This document shows, piece after piece, positions 1 through 7,361 of a DNA stretch of 25,718 bases. The notes under the pieces were generated by a model. The model had not been told where the DNA came from. It saw only the letters and a list, made by a program, of their open reading frames with translations, and ran no database searches. A program made the translations under genes and the position numbers. Every line of letters starts with the position of its first letter. Position 1 is the first letter of the stretch. The DNA is taken from positions 1 to 25,718 of IMG/VR virus record IMGVR_UViG_3300034410_000065. The stretch is one strand, 5' to 3'. Origin of the DNA: a virus. Its lineage: Duplodnaviria; Caudoviricetes.

Positions 1-702
1 ATGAAAGCTGAAATACTAAGTCACATGGGTGACGATCTGACAGTGGTCAACGCCGCTAGAGTGTCATTTGATAAGCAGGTCAAGTCTCTTGGTTCAATTG
101 GTACAGACGATAACCAAATTCCTGTACTCCACGACAGGGATAAGAAGCTGATTAAGTATCTGGCTAGGCATAAACACCTGTCTCCATTTGGACATTGCTT
201 TGTCAGCTTTAGGATCACCTGTCCAATATTTGTCAGTAGGCAGCTAGTTAAGCACTCCTATCTTCGCATCAACGAAGTGAGCCGTAGATATGTGAGTAGT
301 GAGCCTGAGATTTATTATCCTGACTTCTGGCGTTCTAAGGCAGAGGACAAGAAGCAAGGCTCTGGCGGGTCTTTGGAATACGCTGGTCAGAACACTGCGA
401 TAGACGAATACTCTCAATTGGTAGGACGCGCTTTGCGCTGCTACGATAAGCTCCTACAGGCTGGTGTAGCAGAGGAACAGGCTAGAATGTGCTTACCTCA
501 GTCTGCCTACACTCAATTCTATTGGTCTGGGTCACTAGACGCATTCGCAAAGATGTGTGTGCTTCGATGTGCAGAAGATGCTCAAGCAGAGACTAGGGTG
601 ATAGCTAATCAGATAAGTAACATCATGTCTCATATGTACCCTGTCAGTTGGGAAGCCCTGACTGGTAACGATTGGATGGCAAAATATCTGGAGAAAGTGT
701 GA
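1..702 (+). CDS. thyX: Flavin-dependent thymidylate synthase ThyX
   Basis: 233 aa with ThyX hallmarks: VVNAARVSF, HxSPF, RQLVKHS...NEVSRRY (variant of the RHRx7SxR motif), EQARMCLPQS and AQAETR. Confidence 0.95.
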   Translation: MKAEILSHMGDDLTVVNAARVSFDKQVKSLGSIGTDDNQIPVLHDRDKKLIKYLARHKHLSPFGHCFVSFRITCPIFVSRQLVKHSYLRINEVSRRYVSSEPEIYYPDFWRSKAEDKKQGSGGSLEYAGQNTAIDEYSQLVGRALRCYDKLLQAGVAEEQARMCLPQSAYTQFYWSGSLDAFAKMCVLRCAEDAQAETRVIANQISNIMSHMYPVSWEALTGNDWMAKYLEKV

Positions 703-1841
703 TGCCTAGCTCTAATGTAAAATATGTTGTCTATGTGCCCAGCACTAAGAAGTGGCGGGTCAAGGTAGATAAAAACGTCACAGACGCCCTGCCCCACATT
801 AAAAGCTCTGGTACATTTCTGCATAAAGTAGACGCAGAAGAACATGCCAGAGTAATAGCTAAAGCCTATGCCTTGCAAAAGGCAGGTGAGTTAACGTCGA
901 TTAACACCGCCGACAATACAGTGATGGGCCTCTTGTCAAAGTATAGGGAAACCAAGAACTATAGGGAGAAGCTAAACCCTGCTTCGCGGCGGGATTATGA
1001 GCATTACTTCTCCATCGCTTGCAAGGCTCCTATGGGTGTCAATACTTCCTTTGGTAAGATGCTTATCAATAACGTAACCGCTGACGTAGTTGATCGTCTG
1101 CAGGAGTACATCGAAGCACACTACTCATATAACTGCAGCTTCACTACGGTGTCGCGCCTGAGAACTGCTTGGTATGGAACTAAGCGTTATGGCCTGTGGC
1201 GAGTTAACCCATTTGAGAGGATGGGTCTGGCGCGGCCTAAGCCTAGACAGATATCTTGGGATGATGATCAATTCTCCCAGATGGTAGAGGCATGTGACAA
1301 GGAAGGCTACAAGTCTATTGGCACTCTTATGATCATCTGCCTACACTTCGCGCAGCGCATTGGAGACATGAGGTCTCTGACATGGGAACACATAGACTTT
1401 GACTTTACCTGCCCCATGTCGAAGGAGAAGAAGGTAGCCTTCAAGTTCACCCAATCGAAGACAGGCAAGCCCATGATGCTATACGCCACTCCTTTGATCA
1501 AAGAGCGTCTAAAGCTACACTCTCGCCATAACACAGATGACTTCGTATTTCGCAATGACGGCGAAGACGCGAAGAATGGAGCTTCCTACATGAAGCCCTA
1601 TACACCTGACTTACTCCGCAAGAGGTTCCTCAAGATACGCCGCAAGTATGGCTTTGAGGAAGGTTTGTGGATGGCAGACTTTAGACGTAGTGCTGCCAGT
1701 TCACTTGCTGATGCGGGTGCAACAGAGTCAGAGATTATGTCTTCGACAGGTCACGCCTCTGAGGATGTTTTGCGTAGAGTTTATCTCTTGCGTAGCGCGA
1801 CTCAGGCAGAAAGCGGTGCAAAGAAGAGAGGCATACTATGA
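702..1841 (+). CDS. int: Tyrosine recombinase / phage integrase
   Basis: Catalytic residues occur in the expected order: QRIGD (R), QSKTG (K), DFRRS (HxxR variant), TGHAS (H), RRVY (Y). The start is placed at ATG 702, which overlaps the thyX stop (TGATG) and has GGAG upstream; the ORF track starts at 672. A tRNA 3' fragment lies just downstream. Confidence 0.92.
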   Translation: MPSSNVKYVVYVPSTKKWRVKVDKNVTDALPHIKSSGTFLHKVDAEEHARVIAKAYALQKAGELTSINTADNTVMGLLSKYRETKNYREKLNPASRRDYEHYFSIACKAPMGVNTSFGKMLINNVTADVVDRLQEYIEAHYSYNCSFTTVSRLRTAWYGTKRYGLWRVNPFERMGLARPKPRQISWDDDQFSQMVEACDKEGYKSIGTLMIICLHFAQRIGDMRSLTWEHIDFDFTCPMSKEKKVAFKFTQSKTGKPMMLYATPLIKERLKLHSRHNTDDFVFRNDGEDAKNGASYMKPYTPDLLRKRFLKIRRKYGFEEGLWMADFRRSAASSLADAGATESEIMSSTGHASEDVLRRVYLLRSATQAESGAKKRGIL

Positions 1842-1846
1842 TAACC

Positions 1847-1860
1847 CGAATCACGAATCA
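1847..1860 (+). repeat. Tandem 7-mer CGAATCA x2 (possible integrase arm-type site)
   Basis: The sequence cgaatca-cgaatca-cgca follows the int stop, about 100 bp from the att core. The function is inferred. Confidence 0.35.
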
Positions 1861-1909
1861 CGCATATTTTGGTAAAAAAATATTTAGGTATTTTATAAAA
1901 ATCTACCAG

Positions 1910-1943
1910 CCCACGACTTCTACCAAGCCGTGGGGTATTTTTT
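1910..1943. terminator. Intrinsic terminator hairpin between int and the att core
   Basis: CCCACGACTT-ctacc-AAGCCGTGGG forms a 10-bp stem (one position is G-U on the - strand and a mismatch on +), followed by GTATTTTTT on +. It could end int transcription and, after integration, the restored tRNA transcript. Confidence 0.65.
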
Positions 1944-1961
1944 GCTTTGTTTTCAATCAAA

Positions 1962-1999
1962 TGGCGCGGTTGACGGGACTCGAACCCGCGACCCCCGGC
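1962..1999 (-). mobile_element. attP core: 3' half of an alphaproteobacterial tRNA-Asp(GTC) gene
   Basis: The - strand reads GCCGGGGGTCGCGGGTTCGAGTCCCGTCAACCGCGCCA: the 3' anticodon stem, a T-arm with GGTTCGA, the acceptor strand and CCA. This matches my recollection of Rhodobacterales tRNA-Asp. No 5' half is present, and the site is next to an integrase. Confidence 0.88.
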
Positions 2000-2007
2000 T
2001 ACGCAGG

Positions 2008-2031
2008 TAAGTCAATAAAAACAATTACTTA
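2008..2031. promoter_or_regulatory. IHF-like site / AT-rich inverted repeat in the attP arm
   Basis: TAAGTcaataaaaacaattACTTA; the part AAACAATTACTTA matches the IHF consensus WATCAANNNNTTR with one mismatch. Confidence 0.4.
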
Positions 2032-2090
2032 CAGGTCTATGTCGGGTATTAACCTGTCACTTCTGCCGTTAATTAAGTGTCGATTAGGGG

Positions 2091-2118
2091 TTGTAGTATC
2101 TGAAAACATGTGTAAGCT
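2091..2118 (+). promoter_or_regulatory. Putative sigma70-type promoter for primase
   Basis: TTGTAG-N16-TAAGCT about 50 bp upstream of ATG 2170. It resembles the element at 7358-7387. Confidence 0.35.
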
Positions 2119-2169
2119 GACGCTGCGTCCTTGGGGATGCAGTACTACCAGTAGACCACTAGGATAAAC

Positions 2170-2934
2170 ATGACCTACTCAGAGCAATTAGAGATAATAA
2201 AGGCTATTCCTATTAAGGAAGGTGAACGAAGAATAATCACCTGTCCTATATGCTATGGCCCAAAGAAGATGAGTGTCTCTAAATCAGACGGTCAACTGAT
2301 GTGGAATTGCTTTAGGGCAAGTTGTAATGCAAAGGGAATCTACTCAGGTAGACGTAACCTACAGTCAATTAAAAATTACCTTAGCAGCACATCTAGCGAG
2401 AAAAATGCTGGTAGGCCACTGCCTGAGATTACTACCTCTGTTGAAAATCACCAGCCAGCCATCGACTACCTTAAATCAGTAAATTCATTTTACGCATATT
2501 CTAGCAAATTAATTAAAGTTAGGTATGTACCTTCGGACAATAGAGTACTATTCATCCAAGAAGATGGTGCAGTAGGTAGACTACTGTCAGGATACGGACC
2601 AAAGTGGGTAAGCTACGGCATGTTAGAGTGTGGTGTGTCGGTAGGCACAGGTAACACAGTGGTGCTGGTTGAGGATATTCCATCAGCTTGTAGTGTGGCT
2701 CGAATTGATAATCATATAGGTCTAGCTTTGCTAGGAACTAAAATATCACACAACATTAGCAGAACACTTAACAATTACACTAAAGTATTTTTAGTCCTTG
2801 ACAGTGATGCATCTAATATTGCAATAAAGCAATCAAGAATACATGCCGCTAACATTCATGTACGGCTAACTAAGAGAGACTTAAAATTGTTAAGTGTAAA
2901 CCAAATCATCAAGGTGTTGTATGGAGATTACTAG
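2170..2934 (+). CDS. DNA primase (zinc-binding domain plus TOPRIM)
   Basis: N-terminal CPIC...CFRASC zinc finger, TOPRIM motifs VLVED and LVLDSDA, and an AGGA RBS. Confidence 0.88.
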   Translation: MTYSEQLEIIKAIPIKEGERRIITCPICYGPKKMSVSKSDGQLMWNCFRASCNAKGIYSGRRNLQSIKNYLSSTSSEKNAGRPLPEITTSVENHQPAIDYLKSVNSFYAYSSKLIKVRYVPSDNRVLFIQEDGAVGRLLSGYGPKWVSYGMLECGVSVGTGNTVVLVEDIPSACSVARIDNHIGLALLGTKISHNISRTLNNYTKVFLVLDSDASNIAIKQSRIHAANIHVRLTKRDLKLLSVNQIIKVLYGDY

Positions 2935-2949
2935 TTCTCCATCGCACCA

Positions 2950-3112
2950 TTTTAGGCTTGTCGAGCATGCTTGGACGGGTTCATACTTGCTCAAACCATA
3001 CGGCAGACATTACCGGAAGTCTCTACGGATAATGAGCAAAGTGTTAACTGCACTAATTTTTGAAACAACCTGCCGACAAATGAAGTGGAAGCAACCACCT
3101 CAAGCACCGCCC
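2950..3112 (-). ncRNA. Candidate structured non-coding RNA
   Basis: Nested stems are visible: 3081-3102 (8 bp), 2987-2993/3033-3039, 2996-3000/3024-3028, 3005-3008/3019-3022 and 2958-2963/3074-3079. Mismatches on + become G-U pairs on -. No known family was recognised. Confidence 0.35.
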
Positions 3113-3221
3113 TATATATAATTCCTTAAATAACTTAACCTTAACGCAGAGGACAACTGCGTAATCAACAACCCACCGTCGAAGTCACCAGTACCGACGA
3201 AAAACTACAAGGAATATCAAA

Positions 3222-3425
3222 ATGCAATTAAGAGCAATTATGCTAGTAGATCTAGATGTAGAAAACTTCCAAGAGGCTGCAAAGGCAGAGGCTAGGCTTC
3301 AAGAGAGTTTAGATGAGTTACAGGCTAACCATAAGTATGTAACCTACACTGCCTTAGATGTTAAAGAGCGTCGAGGTGCAAGTAAACCTGACATCAAGAA
3401 TATGAAGTTCAGACAAAATAAATAA
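3222..3425 (+). CDS. Small hypothetical protein (67 aa)
   Basis: AAGGA RBS, ATG start, a protein-like beta-alpha-beta pattern with a basic tail, and its own terminator. Confidence 0.75.
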   Translation: MQLRAIMLVDLDVENFQEAAKAEARLQESLDELQANHKYVTYTALDVKERRGASKPDIKNMKFRQNK

Positions 3426-3445
3426 CTTACTCAGCTAAGTAAATT

Positions 3446-3479
3446 AAAAAGAGCCTCTATTAATTTAGGGGCTTTTTTT
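3446..3479 (+). terminator. Rho-independent terminator (possibly bidirectional)
   Basis: AAAAAGAGCCTCTA-ttaatt-TAGGGGCTTTTTTT. Confidence 0.85.
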
Positions 3480-3541
3480 ATGTCCTGCGTTATGTTAGGT
3501 GTTGCCCCTAACTAAGTTTTAGCAAACGGCAAGGACAATGC

Positions 3542-4759
3542 ATGAGTGACCATTCTCTACTAAAAAACTGTTTATCATATGAATTTTTTGAGGACAATAA
3601 ATCTAAACTAAGGCCAGCCCTGTTCGATGATACTCTTAAAGACATCTACACTACACTGGCAGAGGCGCATCAGAAGTTCAGCAAGGATATAAGCTCCTTG
3701 GAGTTAATGTCTTATTGGAGAGCAAAGCATCCTACTAGTACAGGCTCTTGGACCGCTGAGATTGAAGACCACATCAACTCCATAGCCAATGCTGAGACAA
3801 TAGACCAAGAGGTGTCCTCTGAAGTAATTGAGAATCTCTGGAGACAGTCTATCGGATTGGATGTAGCAAACCTCGGACTGAAGATGTCAGAAGGTGATGC
3901 GTCTGCAATGGATCAGCTAACCACCTTAGTAGACAAGGTTAGTGGTGGATATCTGCCAGATAATTACGGCGAGAACGTAACCGACGATATATACGAACTC
4001 CTTGCAGTAGTGTCTGACGCTAACCGCTTTAAATTTAACATCGAAACATTGGCAAGAGAGGTCTATGGCATTGGTAGAGGTGAGTTCGGTGTCATAGCTG
4101 CATACTCTAATGTAGGTAAAACTGCGTTTGCTATTAGCCTATGCGCTGCTCCGGCAGGGTTTTGCATGCAAGGCGCTAAGGTCTGTTATATTGCCAATGA
4201 GGAAGTGGCGAAAAGGACAAAGCTACGGGCTATACAGGCGTACTGTGGTCTGACTAAGGATGAGGTAGCCCTCGACCCACAAGCAGCCGCTGCCAGATAC
4301 TCAGGCATAAGAGATAGACTTGTATTCGTGGATGCACAGGGCTGGGATGCACAGATGCTTGAGGGCTATCTAGCTAGAGAGAAGCCCGACTTAGTGATCA
4401 TAGATATGGCAGATAAAATTGCTTTGACTGAGAAGTTCAACTCAGGACACGAAAGGCTAAGAGAGTTATATTACAGGCTCCGCGAGTGTGCTAAAAAATT
4501 TGACTGTGCAATACTAGGTCTTAGTCAGGCGAGCGCCGAAGCTGAAGGCAAGACACGCCTTACGATGTCTATGATGGAAGGCTCAAAATTAGGTAAGGCT
4601 GCAGAATCCGATATTATGCTGGGCATCGGCAAAATGGACTCCCCAGACAATCCAGATGACCCTGCAAGGTGGATCACTGTGATGAAGAATAAAATCTCAG
4701 GTTGGCATGGCACAGTCCAATGTAACCTTGAAGGAAAGGTATCTCGCTATGTTGTATGA
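3542..4759 (+). CDS. dnaB: DnaB-like SF4 replicative helicase
   Basis: Walker A AYSNVGKT, the YIANEE motif, Walker B LVIID, LSQAS and KNK..G motifs. Confidence 0.92.
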   Translation: MSDHSLLKNCLSYEFFEDNKSKLRPALFDDTLKDIYTTLAEAHQKFSKDISSLELMSYWRAKHPTSTGSWTAEIEDHINSIANAETIDQEVSSEVIENLWRQSIGLDVANLGLKMSEGDASAMDQLTTLVDKVSGGYLPDNYGENVTDDIYELLAVVSDANRFKFNIETLAREVYGIGRGEFGVIAAYSNVGKTAFAISLCAAPAGFCMQGAKVCYIANEEVAKRTKLRAIQAYCGLTKDEVALDPQAAAARYSGIRDRLVFVDAQGWDAQMLEGYLAREKPDLVIIDMADKIALTEKFNSGHERLRELYYRLRECAKKFDCAILGLSQASAEAEGKTRLTMSMMEGSKLGKAAESDIMLGIGKMDSPDNPDDPARWITVMKNKISGWHGTVQCNLEGKVSRYVV

Positions 4760-4895
4760 GTTACCGACTTACTTAGAATTGCATCTAAAAGATATAGGGG
4801 TGCTTCCACCCCCTGCCCCATCAGAGCCAGTAATTGAGAGAGACTTCTCATTCAAAATGCCTGTCTTAGATGAGAATGGGGAGCCAGACTTTTGA
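4749..4895 (+). CDS. Small hypothetical protein (48 aa)
   Basis: Likely ATG 4749 with AAGGAAAGG upstream. It overlaps the helicase stop and the next gene's start, and ends in DENGEPDF. Confidence 0.55.
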   Translation: MLYELPTYLELHLKDIGVLPPPAPSEPVIERDFSFKMPVLDENGEPDF

Positions 4896-5176
4896 GTAAA
4901 ACAATAAGATTAGATCTATACAAAGATAACATCATCAAGTGCAAGCTAGAGCATATTGCCCTTGAGGTTAAGCGAGGTTCAGTAGTCGGCAAGATGGCTA
5001 GATATCTTGTGGAATTGGGCCATGACCTAGACTCTACTATAGTGGTCTACAGGGAAGATACTATCTGCTTCCTACCCATGACCTTATCCGCTTGGGCTAT
5101 GACTCAGGTGAGTGAGAATGATAAAGAGTTTAGGTTTGTAAAATATCAGCCCTTTGAGGGGTTTAATAATGAATAG
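4892..5176 (+). CDS. Hypothetical protein (94 aa)
   Basis: TTG start with a GGAG RBS, tightly coupled to both neighbouring genes. Confidence 0.6.
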   Translation: MSKTIRLDLYKDNIIKCKLEHIALEVKRGSVVGKMARYLVELGHDLDSTIVVYREDTICFLPMTLSAWAMTQVSENDKEFRFVKYQPFEGFNNE

Positions 5177-7361
5177 GCTTCTATCTAGTACAAGCCTATC
5201 CCGCCCCCTTAACATACTTATACTGGACCTTGAGACTACTGTAGAGCGTATATTCGGTAGGATAGACAACTCACCTAAGAATCCTAAAAATAGGTGTGTT
5301 TCGGCCCATTATGGATGGCTTGGAGAGACTACGGTTGATTTTGTTAAGAATGATATATTCTTCCACAATGAATGTAATAATCCTGATGGCAGAGATTGTC
5401 TTGAGGAACATTTAGCTTACGCAGATGTCTTAGTGTGCCATAACGCTAAGTTTGATGTCGAATGGCTACTGGAGATGGGCTTTAAGTTGCCCCCTAGCGT
5501 CTATTGTACAATGATCGGAGAGTATATTTTAGCTAAGGGTAGGCGTAATGGCATTGGCCTCAAGGATACAGCCCTTCGACGTAAGACAGATAGCTTCAAG
5601 AAGTCTGACTTAGTAGACGAAAACTTTAAGTCGGGGATTGGCTTTGAGGCCATGCCTCTTGATGAGGTAATTGAGTACGCAGAAGCTGATGTTCGTGCCT
5701 GTGGAGAGATATATCTCGCCCAGCAAGTAGACTTTGAGAGAGAACATAATCAGTCACTGTCTACTGTGGTTCCATTTATGAACGAAATGCTCATGTTCTT
5801 AGTCGAAATTGAGATGAACGGAACCAAGATAGACTTAGATGTCTTATCTGAGGTCAAGAAAAAGTTTGAGGCTGAGAAGGAAGGGTTAACTGTACGCTTA
5901 AATCAGATTGTTGAACAAGTTATGGGTGACACGCCTATAAATTTGAATAGTGGTGCTGACATGACAAAGGTAGTCTACTCTAGAGTAGTACTAGACCGTC
6001 ATATACACCAGAACACGTTTAATATTGGTACTAATGAGGCAGGTAAGAGCCTTATGCCGCCAAGAATGTCTGCAAACCAGTTTTCTGACGCAGTTCGCGC
6101 ATGTACGCGCATAGTCGAGAAGACTACAGCCATATGCTGCCCTGATTGTCAGGGTGCGGGAAGTATTCAGAAGTATAAGGTAAAGACTAAGGTTAAGAAT
6201 AAGAAAAAGTACAGGGTTCAAGGTGAGCCGTACAAAAACAGGACTAGGTGTGCAACCTGTAAAGGTCTGGGCGCTTTATATCAGCCCACTGGACAGACCG
6301 CTGGCTTGAAGATGGTTCCATCTGGCCCAATGGACGCCTCTATAAATGGATTTAAGACAGATAAAGTAACTCTACATAAGCTAATTAAACAGGCTAAGGC
6401 TAAGAATAATGATGTTGCAGTCGAGTTCCTGACAAAGAGTAGCAGACTGAATGCAATATCTACTTACCTAGATAGCTTTGTTGCTGGCATTGAGAGGGGT
6501 ACTAGAGCCTCTGGCTTTCTACACCCGAATTTCAACCAGTGTATAGCAGCTACTGGTAGGCTTTCGTCGGGCGGTGGTATGTCGCCAAATCTGCAGAACC
6601 AGCCAAAGAGAGGCTTTCCAGTTCGCGCCTGTATAGTTAGTCGGTTTGAAAACGGAGAGATTTTAGAAATTGACTACTCCCAATTAGAATTTCGTGCGGC
6701 AATTGAGTTGTCTAGAGACAGTCAAGGTCTGGCAGACATTTTAGAGGGTAAGGATATCCATAAGCAGACCGCCTCTATCATCCTTCAGAAAGACCCAAGT
6801 GAGGTGACTAAGGAAGAGCGCCAAACCTATGGAAAGCCCAATACATTTCTGCCTCTTTTTGGTGGTACGGGAAATGGGATGCTTCCGCATGAGAAAGCTT
6901 ACTTCGTCAGGTTTGGTGAAATATATGAGGGCGTTGCAGCATGGCATCAGAGACTGATGACAGGTACTCTAAAGGATGGGATTGTCCAAACCCCGTCAGG
7001 TAGGCAGTACTTCTGGCCCAATGTCATCAGAACCCGCAATAATAGGGTAACTAACTCTACTCAGATACTTAACTACCCCGTACAGGGCTTCTCAGCCGAC
7101 TTAGTGCAGCTATCCTGCATTAGAGCATTGCGGCTGTTCAGAGAGCATAAGTTAAAGTCAAAATTAATCCTCACTGTACATGACTCAATCGTGTCAGATA
7201 CTCATCCAGATGAAATTGACATAGTTAAACAGCTACTTACAGAGGCTACGACTAAGGTGGGCGAAGAGTCCGAAAAACTATTTGGTTACAAGCTAGTAGT
7301 TCCCTTAGATGTGGAGATTTCTCATGGTAAAAATTGGTTAGATCAAGAGGAATATGCTTGA
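5169..7361 (+). CDS. polA: Family A DNA polymerase with 3'-5' exonuclease and a DnaJ-like zinc-finger insert
   Basis: Exo motifs DLET, HNAKFD and YAEAD; pol motifs TGRLSS, DYSQLE (A), RxxxxKxxxF (B), NYPVQG and VHDS (C). Two CxxCxGxG repeats lie at 6138-6272. The start is placed at ATG 5169 (GAGGGG RBS). Confidence 0.96.
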   Translation: MNRLLSSTSLSRPLNILILDLETTVERIFGRIDNSPKNPKNRCVSAHYGWLGETTVDFVKNDIFFHNECNNPDGRDCLEEHLAYADVLVCHNAKFDVEWLLEMGFKLPPSVYCTMIGEYILAKGRRNGIGLKDTALRRKTDSFKKSDLVDENFKSGIGFEAMPLDEVIEYAEADVRACGEIYLAQQVDFEREHNQSLSTVVPFMNEMLMFLVEIEMNGTKIDLDVLSEVKKKFEAEKEGLTVRLNQIVEQVMGDTPINLNSGADMTKVVYSRVVLDRHIHQNTFNIGTNEAGKSLMPPRMSANQFSDAVRACTRIVEKTTAICCPDCQGAGSIQKYKVKTKVKNKKKYRVQGEPYKNRTRCATCKGLGALYQPTGQTAGLKMVPSGPMDASINGFKTDKVTLHKLIKQAKAKNNDVAVEFLTKSSRLNAISTYLDSFVAGIERGTRASGFLHPNFNQCIAATGRLSSGGGMSPNLQNQPKRGFPVRACIVSRFENGEILEIDYSQLEFRAAIELSRDSQGLADILEGKDIHKQTASIILQKDPSEVTKEERQTYGKPNTFLPLFGGTGNGMLPHEKAYFVRFGEIYEGVAAWHQRLMTGTLKDGIVQTPSGRQYFWPNVIRTRNNRVTNSTQILNYPVQGFSADLVQLSCIRALRLFREHKLKSKLILTVHDSIVSDTHPDEIDIVKQLLTEATTKVGEESEKLFGYKLVVPLDVEISHGKNWLDQEEYA

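Noticed and set aside
1962-2040. Complete phage tRNA gene
   Set aside because: There is no D-arm, no 5' acceptor strand and no 5' anticodon stem; only the 3' half is present.
1838-2167. 109-aa ORF after the integrase
   Set aside because: It runs across the terminator, the antisense tRNA fragment (giving the typical artefact peptide MARLTGLEPAT) and the promoter, so it is probably spurious.
3015-3030. Group I intron R-element-like CCGTAGAGACT on the - strand
   Set aside because: There is no matching S element (AAGAUAUAGUCC-like) and no interrupted gene on that strand.
3001-3075. Hammerhead ribozyme or cobalamin riboswitch (ATGAG...GAAAC; ACCTGCC)
   Set aside because: The hammerhead core CUGANGA is not intact (ATAATGA) and there is no stem III/NUH. 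The cobalamin riboswitch GGGAA, CCCC and GCCAG elements are missing.
2921-3121. 66-aa ORF
   Set aside because: The composition is not protein-like and it overlaps several hairpins. It is not fully excluded, since AAGGTG lies upstream of the ATG.
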